Below, one piece after another: positions 37,712-46,715 of a DNA stretch of 64,000 nt (its first letter is position 1; each line of letters begins with the position of its first letter). The notes under the pieces are model-generated. The model saw only the letters and a program-made list of their open reading frames with translations, was not told the DNA's origin and did not search any database. The DNA comes from an uncultured Muribaculaceae bacterium (GTDB lineage: Bacteria; Bacillota_I; Bacilli_A; RF39; UBA660). The DNA is taken from the NCBI GenBank assembly GCA_964616485.1, contig CAZTRB010000001.1, positions 5,247 to 69,246 on the forward strand, in the 5' to 3' direction. Made by a program: the position numbers and the translations under genes.

Positions 37712-40060
37712 ATGAAAAGTAATTTACCGGCTATTTTATTAAAGAACATGGTATTGTATCCTTATAACGAAATACGACTAGAATTCGATAAGGAAAAAGA
37801 GAAAAACCTAATCTTATTAGTAGAGAAAAACTATGATAATAAGATTTTAATTATAAACCCAAAAGATACTTTAGAAACTGAACCTGAGATTGAAGATCTA
37901 CCTAGATATGGCTTGGTAGGTAAAATTAAGATGCGTATCGATATGCCAAATGGAAAGACTAGAATCATCTTGGCTGGAGAGACACGTGTCAAGATTCATG
38001 CTTATTCTAAAGAAGAAGATATTTATGAGGCATTATATAGTGTCGTTCCTAGTGAAGAGTTATCTAGTAAAGAGGAGACAGCTTATGTAAGGGCTTTAAA
38101 TAAACATATCGAGATATATGTTCGTGAAGTTCCTTATATGTCAAATACGATTCTTTCACAGACGGCTGGTATTAATAGTATCGATCGTCTAACAGATATA
38201 GTCGTCTTATATTTACCGATTAATTATGAGAGAAAATTAGAATACTTACAAGAGACTTCGGCTACTTTAAGAGTGAAGATGATCTTGGATGATTTAAATA
38301 GAGATTTAGAAATACTTAAGTTAGAGCAAAAGATAGAGGCATCAGTTGCTGAAAGTCTCGATAAGACCCAAAAAGAATTTGTCTTAAAAGAGAAAATAAA
38401 AGCTATAAGAGAAGAACTTGGTGAAGAAGAGCAAAATGAGATTGAGATACTGAAAGAACAGATTAATGCTTTAGATTGCCCTGAAAAAGTAAGAGAGAAA
38501 TTATTAATCGAATTAAATAAATACTCGATAGCTAATTCTTTTTCACCAGAGACGGGGATTATTAGAAATTATATCGACTGGATGTTAAACCTTCCTTGGA
38601 GTAAAGAGACCGCTGATCGTAAAGATTTAAACAAAGTAAGAGAAATATTAGATAGTTCTCATTATGGATTAGATACTGTTAAAAATAGAGTAATAGAGTA
38701 TTTAGCTGTCAAGCAAAATGTCGATAATTTAAGGAGTCCGATAATTTGTTTAGTAGGTCCACCAGGTGTTGGTAAAACGACTTTTGCTAAAAATATCGCT
38801 AAGAGTCTTAATCGTAAAGTAACTAAAATATCTGTTGGTGGAATAAACGATGAGGCCGAGATAATAGGGCATCGTAGAGCTTATATTGGGGCTGCTCCAG
38901 GACTTATTATTCAAGGTTTAAGAAAAGCTGGTACGAAGAATCCTGTCTTTATAATCGACGAAATAGATAAGATGACGAAAGACATCAAGGGAGACCCTGC
39001 TTCTAGTCTTTTAGAGGTACTAGATAGAGAACAAAACAAATACTTTGTCGATCATTTCATCGAAGAAGAATTTGATCTGAGTAACGTTATGTTTATAGCG
39101 ACGGCAAACTATCTTTACCAAATACCAGATGAATTAAGAGATAGGTTAGAGATAATCGAAGTATCTTCTTATACTGAATTTGAGAAACTAGATATCGCTA
39201 AGAAGCACTTAATTAAAGACCAACTTATAGAACATGGGCTTAAATCAGAGCAAGTAAAGTTTGATGATGAGACTATTTTAGTCTTGATAAGAAATTATAC
39301 TAAAGAGTCTGGTGTTAGAGAACTAGATCGTCTTGTAGCGACGATTATACGTAAGATCGTTAAGAAGATTGTCGTCGACAAGAGTAAAGAGAAGTATGTA
39401 ATTAAACCGAAAGACATAGAAGAATATTTAGGAATAAAGAAATATTTTTATACTGAAAATGAAGAGCAGGAGAGAATTGGTATCGTCAATGGACTAGCTT
39501 ATACTTCTTTTGGTGGAGACATTCTTCCGATTGAGACGACACTGTTTAAAGGTAAGGGTGAATTAGTCTTAACGGGTTCTCTTGGAGAAGTAATGAGAGA
39601 ATCGGCACTAATAGCTCTAAATTATATAAAGTCTAATTATAAAAAATTCAATGTCGATTTAACTTTATTAGAAGAGAATAATATTCATATTCACGTACCG
39701 GAAGGGGCTATTCAAAAAGAAGGTCCTTCAGCTGGTACGGCCTTAACTACGGCTTTAATTAGTCTTTTTTCTAAGAAAGCTATCTCATCTAAAATAAGTA
39801 TGACGGGAGAGATAACTCTTACCGGAAGAGTATTAGCAATCGGTGGGTTAAAAGAGAAAGTTATCGGGGCTTATAGAGCTAGAATTAACAAGATCTTTAT
39901 ACCTAAAGAAAACGAAAAAGATTTAAAAGAAATACCCAAAGATATTTCTGATAATATCGAGTTCGTACTAGTAAATGATTATTTAGAAATATATTCTAAT
40001 TTAGGAGAAAAAAATGATGAATCTAAAAAGAAAAAAACGACAATTAATAAGAAGAAGTAA
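37712..40060 (+). CDS. lon: ATP-dependent Lon protease (LonA type)
   Basis: N-terminal LON domain, Walker A GPPGVGKT, protease motif KEGPSAG, 782 aa with a Lys-rich tail. Confidence 0.95.
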   Translation: MKSNLPAILLKNMVLYPYNEIRLEFDKEKEKNLILLVEKNYDNKILIINPKDTLETEPEIEDLPRYGLVGKIKMRIDMPNGKTRIILAGETRVKIHAYSKEEDIYEALYSVVPSEELSSKEETAYVRALNKHIEIYVREVPYMSNTILSQTAGINSIDRLTDIVVLYLPINYERKLEYLQETSATLRVKMILDDLNRDLEILKLEQKIEASVAESLDKTQKEFVLKEKIKAIREELGEEEQNEIEILKEQINALDCPEKVREKLLIELNKYSIANSFSPETGIIRNYIDWMLNLPWSKETADRKDLNKVREILDSSHYGLDTVKNRVIEYLAVKQNVDNLRSPIICLVGPPGVGKTTFAKNIAKSLNRKVTKISVGGINDEAEIIGHRRAYIGAAPGLIIQGLRKAGTKNPVFIIDEIDKMTKDIKGDPASSLLEVLDREQNKYFVDHFIEEEFDLSNVMFIATANYLYQIPDELRDRLEIIEVSSYTEFEKLDIAKKHLIKDQLIEHGLKSEQVKFDDETILVLIRNYTKESGVRELDRLVATIIRKIVKKIVVDKSKEKYVIKPKDIEEYLGIKKYFYTENEEQERIGIVNGLAYTSFGGDILPIETTLFKGKGELVLTGSLGEVMRESALIALNYIKSNYKKFNVDLTLLEENNIHIHVPEGAIQKEGPSAGTALTTALISLFSKKAISSKISMTGEITLTGRVLAIGGLKEKVIGAYRARINKIFIPKENEKDLKEIPKDISDNIEFVLVNDYLEIYSNLGEKNDESKKKKTTINKKK

Positions 40061-40553
40061 TTTAAATGACTTATTAGATGAAGAACTAGTAGCTGATTAT
40101 GCAATCACTAATTTAAAAGAAAGGCAATTTATCGATAGAGTTTATAGTATTAATAAGTGGGTTTCTTTTATCGCAGATGAAGGACAAAGTCTAAGAGGAA
40201 TTAAATATTTTGCTTCTCTTATAGATGCGGATTCTTCGATCAAGACTGTAGAAGAACAAGAAGCACATATGTTACGATATGATTATTTAAAACAAATGTG
40301 TCCGAGAATGGTATATTGTAATAATCCCGAGTTCTTAGATGCAGCAAATTTCATTATTCAATCTAATTCTAATAGTCCAAGACTTCCAAAGTTCGTTACT
40401 TTTGTCGAAGGCGTGCTTGAGATTGGAGAACAAAATCCAATGACAAGAGATTTGAAATACAGCGAAGACGAAGTTAAAGAGGGAATGGCTATCGTTAAAG
40501 AAACGATAAAAACGATTGGTGGAAAAGCATTATTAAGAAAACCTAATCTTTAA
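40014..40553 (+). CDS. Hypothetical protein (179 aa), basic N-terminus, overlaps the lon 3' end by 47 nt
   Basis: AGGAG SD 6 nt before ATGATG at 40014. No recognisable motif. Confidence 0.55.
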   Translation: MMNLKRKKRQLIRRSNLNDLLDEELVADYAITNLKERQFIDRVYSINKWVSFIADEGQSLRGIKYFASLIDADSSIKTVEEQEAHMLRYDYLKQMCPRMVYCNNPEFLDAANFIIQSNSNSPRLPKFVTFVEGVLEIGEQNPMTRDLKYSEDEVKEGMAIVKETIKTIGGKALLRKPNL

Positions 40554-40625
40554 AATTATAATAGTCCTTTGAATTTTATAAGTAATTGGGTTATAATTTC
40601 TTATAGATAATAAAAGAGGTGTAAT

Positions 40626-41423
40626 ATGTTAGAAGTTATAATTTTAGCAATAGTTCAAGGAATCTCTGAGTTTTTACCAATCTCTTCCTCAGCACATTTA
40701 GTCGTGTTTAGAGAACTGTTTCACATAGGAGATCAAATAATAACTCCTGATATTGGACTTATATTTGATATCGCTCTTCATTTTGGAACAGCGTTAGCGA
40801 TAATCGTGTTCTTCTTTAAAGATTTTTTGAAGATATTTATCGAAGGAATACAAATTAAGAAAACGAAAAATAAGATGCTTTGGTATTTAGCTGTTGCTAC
40901 AATACCTGGTGCAGTTATTGGATATTTGTTAGAAGATATAATCGATACTGCTGTTAGAGGAAACTATCACCTAATAGCGATCTCTTTGATCGTTATCGGT
41001 GCACTTTTATTCGTCGTTGATTTAAAGTATAAACAAAAAAAGAAAATAGAAGCAATCGGACTTAAAGAATCTATAATTATTGGTTTTGCCCAAGTATTTG
41101 CTTTGATACCAGGGTTTTCTAGAAGTGGAACGACTCTTATAGCGTCGAGAATGTTAGAAATTAAGAGAGAAGATGCAGCAAGATTTTCCTTTTATCTTTC
41201 TGTTCCGATGGTTCTTGGGGCGTTGTTACTTAGTTTATTAAAGACGGATTTTTCGATAATAGCTAATAATTTATCGATGTTTACAGTCGGTATAGTAGTG
41301 TCTTTCTTAGTGGGAATAACATGTATAAAATATTTGTTAAAATACTTAAGGACTCATGATTTTAAAATATTTATGATTTATAGAATTATCTTTGGTATTA
41401 TAATTTTATTAATGATTTTATAA
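40626..41423 (+). CDS. uppP: Undecaprenyl-diphosphate phosphatase (BacA/UppP)
   Basis: EFLPISSSAHL and PG.SRSG.T motifs in an 8-TM protein. Confidence 0.93.
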   Translation: MLEVIILAIVQGISEFLPISSSAHLVVFRELFHIGDQIITPDIGLIFDIALHFGTALAIIVFFFKDFLKIFIEGIQIKKTKNKMLWYLAVATIPGAVIGYLLEDIIDTAVRGNYHLIAISLIVIGALLFVVDLKYKQKKKIEAIGLKESIIIGFAQVFALIPGFSRSGTTLIASRMLEIKREDAARFSFYLSVPMVLGALLLSLLKTDFSIIANNLSMFTVGIVVSFLVGITCIKYLLKYLRTHDFKIFMIYRIIFGIIILLMIL

Positions 41424-41459
41424 TAGAATAATTATATTATCATTTTTTCTTCTAAATTA

Positions 41460-41487
41460 TTGACTTATGTAAATGAAGTGCTATAAT
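41460..41487 (+). promoter_or_regulatory. Near-consensus sigma-A promoter (extended -10) for tRNA-Lys
   Basis: TTGACT (41460-41465), 16-nt spacer ending in TGc, TATAAT (41482-41487). Confidence 0.6.
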
Positions 41488-41504
41488 TAAATAGCAATTT
41501 CTCT

Positions 41505-41580
41505 GTCTTCGTAGCTCAGTTGGTAGAGCAACTGACTCTTAATCAGTGGGTCCACGGTTCGAGCCCGTGCGAGGACACCA
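41505..41580 (+). tRNA. tRNA-Lys (anticodon CTT), CCA encoded
   Basis: Acceptor GTCTTCG/CGAGGAC, anticodon stem ACTGA/TCAGT with loop CTCTTAA, T-loop TTCGAGC, discriminator A plus CCA. Confidence 0.92.
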
Positions 41581-41592
41581 AGTTTATAGATT

Positions 41593-41616
41593 AAAGATAA
41601 GTAATTATCTTTTTTT
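41593..41616 (+). terminator. Rho-independent terminator after tRNA-Lys
   Basis: AAAGATAA-gtaa-TTATCTTT followed by a T-run. Confidence 0.7.
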
Positions 41617-41707
41617 GTTATAAAGTATAAATTAATTAGAAAATAATATATACTAGTAGTAAGTGATATGTAGAAGATATATTGCAAAGTTTAAGGAGTA
41701 CTTTCAC

Positions 41708-42619
41708 ATGGAAGAAGTAATAATTAAAATATTAGAAGAGTCTTTATTAAAAATAGGTGAAATAGTCAATCTTAAAAAGATTAACATTGGTTTTACTAAT
41801 GAATTATACTTACTAGATGATAAATATATTTTAAAGATTTGTATAAAAGAGACAAATGAAGAAAACTTTTTAAGAGAGATAAACTTTTATTTAGAAAACA
41901 AAGATAATAAATATATACCTAAGTTAATTGCTTATAATATTAATAAAAAAAAGATACCATACTTATATGAAATTATCGAAAAAATAGAAGGTGGATCTTT
42001 ATATAATGTTTGGCACACTTTAAATGAAAAGGAAAGACGAGATGTAATAAGAAAAATAACGGATGTTATGAAGGACATTCATTCACACAAGAAACCTTCT
42101 TTTAACTGGATTAATTACATTAGAGAAGAGCTTCTTTATGGTCTTAAAAGATTAGAAAAAATCAATTACTTTGATGAAAGAGAAAAAGAAATGTTAAATA
42201 AAGTAATAGAAAAACTTCCTAAATATTTAGTTAGTAGTGATTTTGTTTTAATACATAACGATCTTCATTTCGACAATATATTTTATAATGATGGTAATAT
42301 AAAAATTATTGACTTTGAGAGAAGTATGATTGCTCCAAGAGACTATGAACTTGATATTTTACTTAGAATGGTTAAAAAGTCAGAAAAGTTTGCTAGTGAA
42401 GAGACGGAAGAGTATACTAATAATAAAGATTATGTTAATATACCTAATTATTTAGAAGAGTTTTATCCTGAAGTTTTTAAAGTTCCTTATTTAAAAAAGA
42501 GACTAGCAATTTACGATATACTATATTATTTAAATTCTAGTTATGAATATCCAAAGTTAAGAGAATTAAAAGATAATATAATAGAAGCAATAAGTATCGT
42601 CTTGGATAAAGAAGATTAA
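41708..42619 (+). CDS. APH/choline-kinase-family phosphotransferase
   Basis: Brenner motif HNDLHFDNIF and IIDFE. AAGGAG SD before ATG 41708. Confidence 0.8.
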   Translation: MEEVIIKILEESLLKIGEIVNLKKINIGFTNELYLLDDKYILKICIKETNEENFLREINFYLENKDNKYIPKLIAYNINKKKIPYLYEIIEKIEGGSLYNVWHTLNEKERRDVIRKITDVMKDIHSHKKPSFNWINYIREELLYGLKRLEKINYFDEREKEMLNKVIEKLPKYLVSSDFVLIHNDLHFDNIFYNDGNIKIIDFERSMIAPRDYELDILLRMVKKSEKFASEETEEYTNNKDYVNIPNYLEEFYPEVFKVPYLKKRLAIYDILYYLNSSYEYPKLRELKDNIIEAISIVLDKED

Positions 42620-42659
42620 AAAATTTAAAAATGATATAATAAACGAAATAGGAGTATTT

Positions 42660-43862
42660 ATGATGAATAAGAAAAAAATGCCACTCGTTATACTTTTTGT
42701 TAGTATCGTCTCTGTCTTTACGGGATGTGGTATTTCTAACAAAAAAGTCGAGACTTTAAGTGTTGAAGAGATGGTCTCTAATCAAATGAAGGAGATGAAC
42801 TTAGATGAAAAGATAGCGCAAATGCTAATCGTTTATTATAATGGAACGACTTTTGATGATAGTTTGAAATCTTCACTTGAGAATACTTTACCGGGTGGTT
42901 TCATCTTACAAGGAGTCAATATTACAAATTATAAAGATACGTTAGAATATGTTAAAAAAATAAAAGCTACGGCTACAATTCCCATGTTTATAGCTATTGA
43001 TCAAGAAGGTGGAATTGTTCAAAGGCTTAGAAACTTAGAAGAAGCTACTGTTATTCCTTCAATGTTAGAAGTTGGAAAGACCGATGATCCGAATCTGGCT
43101 TATGAAATAGGAGCGTTAATGGCAAGAGAGGTAAGGACTTTAGGTATTAACTTAGTCTTTGCACCTGTTATCGATATATTTACTAATGAAGAGAATACTG
43201 TTATCGGTAAAAGAGCTTTTGGGACAACGAAAGAAGAAGTAATAAAGATGGCTTTTCCACTTGCAAAGGCTCTTTCAGATAATGGCATGATTCCAGTCTT
43301 TAAACACTTTCCAGGACACGGTGATACGACAGCCGACAGCCATTATTCTTTACCAATAGTAAATAAGACATTAGAAGAGTTATACGAAGAAGAGTTGGTT
43401 CCTTTTAAAGAAGCTATTTCGATAAAAGCTCCAATGATCATGGCGGCTCATATCGCTTATCCTAAAATAACTGGTGATGATATACCAGCAACATTATCTT
43501 ATAAGATGATTACCGAAGTATTAAGAGAAGAGATGGGATATAAGGGTATCATTATAACGGATGCTTTGAATATGAAAGCGCTTACTGATGACTATACGGA
43601 TTATGAGATATATGAAAAAGCGATCAATGCGGGAGTAGATATACTATTAATGCCAAATGGTTCTTCAAAGACAATATCACAAATTAAAGAAGCAGTTATT
43701 AAAGGAAAAATAAAAGAAGAGAGAATAGATGAATCGGTAAGAAGAATCTTGACTTTAAAATATGAGAGACTTGAAGATGATAATTATTTGGACTATAGCA
43801 TGCTTGGTAAAGAGGAGCATAAAGAAATAGTGTCTAAAGTTATAGAACAAGTAGAAGAGTAA
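42660..43862 (+). CDS. Glycoside hydrolase family 3 beta-N-acetylhexosaminidase-like lipoprotein (NagZ-like)
   Basis: Lipobox VFTGC after a basic/hydrophobic leader; GH3 motifs DQEGG.V.R and KHFPGHGDT. Confidence 0.85.
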   Translation: MMNKKKMPLVILFVSIVSVFTGCGISNKKVETLSVEEMVSNQMKEMNLDEKIAQMLIVYYNGTTFDDSLKSSLENTLPGGFILQGVNITNYKDTLEYVKKIKATATIPMFIAIDQEGGIVQRLRNLEEATVIPSMLEVGKTDDPNLAYEIGALMAREVRTLGINLVFAPVIDIFTNEENTVIGKRAFGTTKEEVIKMAFPLAKALSDNGMIPVFKHFPGHGDTTADSHYSLPIVNKTLEELYEEELVPFKEAISIKAPMIMAAHIAYPKITGDDIPATLSYKMITEVLREEMGYKGIIITDALNMKALTDDYTDYEIYEKAINAGVDILLMPNGSSKTISQIKEAVIKGKIKEERIDESVRRILTLKYERLEDDNYLDYSMLGKEEHKEIVSKVIEQVEE

Positions 43863-43888
43863 TTTTATTAAAGAAAGGAAATATTAAT

Positions 43889-44458
43889 ATGACATTGAGA
43901 GAAAAGATTGAAAATTACGTCCCTTTTAATGACCAAGAAGTAAAAGATAGAGAGATGATATTAAGTTATATCGATAGTTTTCCGGATGTCTTAACTCGTG
44001 AAAATGAAATAGCCCATTTCACTTCTTCGGGGTTTGTCTTAAATAAGAATAGAGATCGCGTTCTTATGATATATCACAACATCTATGATTCTTGGAGTTG
44101 GACGGGTGGTCATGCCGATGGTGATGACGATCTCTTAGCTGTTGCTATTAGAGAAGTTCAAGAAGAAACCGGAGTAAAGAGTGTAGTCCCAATAGTAGAA
44201 GATATATTTGTTCTTGATGCTCTTTCAGTAATTGGACACTACAAGAGAGGAAAATATGTAACGTCACATATTCATATATCGGCGGCATATTTACTAGAAG
44301 CCGACGAAGAGGAAAAATTAGAGATAAAAGAAGATGAAAACAGTAATGTTGCATGGTTGCCACTAGATACTTTTCTTGATAACGTCAGTGAAAAACATAT
44401 GCACCCCATTTATACGAAAATAGTCGATAAAGCGAAGAGTTTAAAGCTTATTAAGTAA
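43889..44458 (+). CDS. NUDIX hydrolase
   Basis: Nudix box GGHADGDDDLLAVAIREVQEETGV. Confidence 0.85.
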   Translation: MTLREKIENYVPFNDQEVKDREMILSYIDSFPDVLTRENEIAHFTSSGFVLNKNRDRVLMIYHNIYDSWSWTGGHADGDDDLLAVAIREVQEETGVKSVVPIVEDIFVLDALSVIGHYKRGKYVTSHIHISAAYLLEADEEEKLEIKEDENSNVAWLPLDTFLDNVSEKHMHPIYTKIVDKAKSLKLIK

Positions 44459-44517
44459 AAACTTTTTGCTTTATTTTTAATACATGGTATAATCTATTAT
44501 AAATTAGGTGGTGTAGT

Positions 44518-45174
44518 ATGAGAAAAAGTATGCTTAAGTTAAAGAAAAAGGGTGTCCTAATCGTTATAAGCGGACCTACTAGCGTTGGCAAAGATACGAT
44601 TTTCAATAATGTCTTGAAGACAGAAAAGAATATTTATGGTTCTGTTTCCGTTACTACTAGAGATAGAAAGCCAAAAGAGACAGAAGGAATAGAGTACTAT
44701 TTTGTCGATAAAGAGACTTTTGAAAATAGAATTAAACAAGACGAGTTTATCGAGTATGCGACGGTTCATGGTAATTACTATGGAACACCTAAGAAAGAGT
44801 TGGTTGATAATTTAAATAGTGGTAAAGACGTCATGATCGTTATCGATATTCAAGGGGCGATGAAAATAAAAGAAATCGTTACCGATGCCTTATTTATCTT
44901 TATATTACCGCCGTCTATGGAAGAACTTAAAAAGCGTTTTATTGCTAGAGGTCGTGGTGAATCTAAAGAAGAGATGGTTAGTAGGTTTAAGACTGCTTAC
45001 AAAGAGATAAACGAAATAAGTAAGTATAACTATGTCGTCGTTAACGATAAACTATCGACCGCTATTAAGAAAGTAAAAGCTATTATCTTAGCTGAGAAAT
45101 CGCGAGTAGATAGAATAGATGAATTAGATTTGGATACGATTGAAGAATTAATGCATGAGACGATAGTTAAATAA
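44518..45174 (+). CDS. gmk: Guanylate kinase
   Basis: P-loop SGPTSVGKDT, TTR..R..E..G..YYFV, and the Y.Y.V.ND pattern. Confidence 0.88.
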   Translation: MRKSMLKLKKKGVLIVISGPTSVGKDTIFNNVLKTEKNIYGSVSVTTRDRKPKETEGIEYYFVDKETFENRIKQDEFIEYATVHGNYYGTPKKELVDNLNSGKDVMIVIDIQGAMKIKEIVTDALFIFILPPSMEELKKRFIARGRGESKEEMVSRFKTAYKEINEISKYNYVVVNDKLSTAIKKVKAIILAEKSRVDRIDELDLDTIEELMHETIVK

Positions 45175-45194
45175 AAGGCTTAAGGCCTTTTTTT
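45174..45194 (+). terminator. Rho-independent terminator after gmk
   Basis: AAAGGC-ttaag-GCCTTT followed by a T-run. Confidence 0.7.
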
Positions 45195-45253
45195 GTTGCT
45201 AATATTGTCTAATATTCTATATTATGGTAACATAATATCTAGTGAGGTACAGT

Positions 45254-45967
45254 ATGAGAGTCTTGATAATAATCCCGGCTTATAATGAAGAAGAGAACAT
45301 CTTAAATACTGTTAAGAGTATTGAGAAGATAAAGATAAAAAACGTTGTTTTAGATTACGTAATAATCAATGATGGTTCTAAAGATAGTACCAAAGAAGTT
45401 TGTTTAAAAAACAATCTTAATTTTGTCGATCTTCCTTTTAACTTAGGAATAGGTGGAGCTGTTCAAACTGGTTATAAATATGCTTATTATAACGATTATG
45501 ATGTCGCTATTCAAGTAGATGGTGACTCACAACATAATCCTAATTATATTAAAACTCTTATCGAAGAAATAGAAAAAGGAAACGACTTTGTAATCGGTTC
45601 CCGTTTTGTAAAGGAGTTGAGTTCCTTTAAATCATCGAAGATTAGAAGAGTAGGTATATCTTGGTTAAGTATAATTACTAAGTTAGTAACCGGGAAGAAA
45701 ATCTATGATCCAACGAGTGGTTTTAGGGCAGCAAATAAAGAGATAATAAAGCTTTTTAGCGATGATTATCCAGTTGATTATCCAGAACCAGATACTAATG
45801 CTATGTTAGCTAAAAAAGGTTTTAAAATAAGTGAAATACCAGTCGAAATGAATCCAAGAACGGCAGGTAAAAGTTCAATTTCACCGTTTAAGTCGATTCA
45901 TTATATGCTAAAAGTATCTTTTTCAATTATACTTATCGGTATTATTTATAAGGGAGGTAAAAAATGA
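45254..45967 (+). CDS. Family 2 glycosyltransferase (polyprenyl-phosphate sugar synthase, GtrB/CsbB-like)
   Basis: IIIPAYNEEENI, the DGS..DST and VDGD..H DxD-type motifs. ATG 45254. Confidence 0.88.
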   Translation: MRVLIIIPAYNEEENILNTVKSIEKIKIKNVVLDYVIINDGSKDSTKEVCLKNNLNFVDLPFNLGIGGAVQTGYKYAYYNDYDVAIQVDGDSQHNPNYIKTLIEEIEKGNDFVIGSRFVKELSSFKSSKIRRVGISWLSIITKLVTGKKIYDPTSGFRAANKEIIKLFSDDYPVDYPEPDTNAMLAKKGFKISEIPVEMNPRTAGKSSISPFKSIHYMLKVSFSIILIGIIYKGGKK

Positions 45968-46332
45968 TAACTACTAATTTATTTATTTTTTTAATGTTTA
46001 TATACTTCGTTTTTATAGCTATAATCTCTTATTTAGTATCTAATAAAAAAATAACGATAACTGATTCATTATACTGGTTCTCATTTATCTTAATGATGTT
46101 TTTAGTAACACTATTTAATGGTGTTTTCAAAGATGTAGCTTCTTTTTTAGGGGTAGAAGTCGTCTCTAATTTATTGTTTTTCTTAGGCTTTATGTTTTTA
46201 ATCTTTATTTCTATAATTACAAGCGTCTATTTATCTAGACAAAAAAATAAAGTCATAACACTGTCTCAAGAAGTAGCTATCTTAAAGAAAAAAGTAGGAG
46301 AATTAGATGATCGAAAAGATAAAAAAGTATAA
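45964..46332 (+). CDS. DUF2304-family small membrane protein
   Basis: About 120 aa, 3-4 TM segments, G.EV.SN..F motif and a C-terminal L..EVA.LKKK coil; typically paired with GT2 genes. Confidence 0.75.
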   Translation: MITTNLFIFLMFIYFVFIAIISYLVSNKKITITDSLYWFSFILMMFLVTLFNGVFKDVASFLGVEVVSNLLFFLGFMFLIFISIITSVYLSRQKNKVITLSQEVAILKKKVGELDDRKDKKV

Positions 46333-46714
46333 TGTTTTTTTAAAATACTTATTTTCAGCAGGATTAAGCTTTATTCTTGATCAACTTCTTTTTTTTGTCT
46401 TTAATAGTATTTTAAAGACAAAGATAGGATCTTTAGCAATAATAATTTCGAGCGTCTTAGCGAGAACCATTAGCTCGTTATTTAATTACTTTGTTAATAA
46501 GAGAATCGTCTTTGATAATAAGGGAATTAATACTTTAGTCAAATATTTCTCATTAGTAGTTATTCAATTAGTATTTTCAACAGTTACAGTATTCGTTGTT
46601 CATACTATTACAAATATTAGGTCAGAATATATTAAGTTTTTCATTGACATAATTATTTTTATTATAAATTATCTCGTTCAGAAATATATTATCTTTGTTA
46701 AAAAGGAGAGTTAG
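46307..46714 (+). CDS. GtrA-family membrane protein (putative polyprenyl-P-sugar flippase)
   Basis: About 135 aa, 4 TM segments, F..NK..VF pattern, located in a glycosylation cluster. Confidence 0.78.
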   Translation: MIEKIKKYNVFLKYLFSAGLSFILDQLLFFVFNSILKTKIGSLAIIISSVLARTISSLFNYFVNKRIVFDNKGINTLVKYFSLVVIQLVFSTVTVFVVHTITNIRSEYIKFFIDIIIFIINYLVQKYIIFVKKES

Positions 46715-46715
46715 G

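Noticed and set aside
41448-41475. dif-like sequence: TTATGTAAAT resembles the XerD arm of B. subtilis dif (TTATGTAAACT).
   Set aside because: The left arm and the spacer do not match the dif consensus. The motif also overlaps the -35 region and spacer of the tRNA-Lys promoter, so the resemblance is probably a coincidence in AT-rich DNA.
41487-41687. 66-aa minus-strand ORF.
   Set aside because: It overlaps tRNA-Lys (41505-41580) and its promoter and terminator. The tRNA cloverleaf explains the region.
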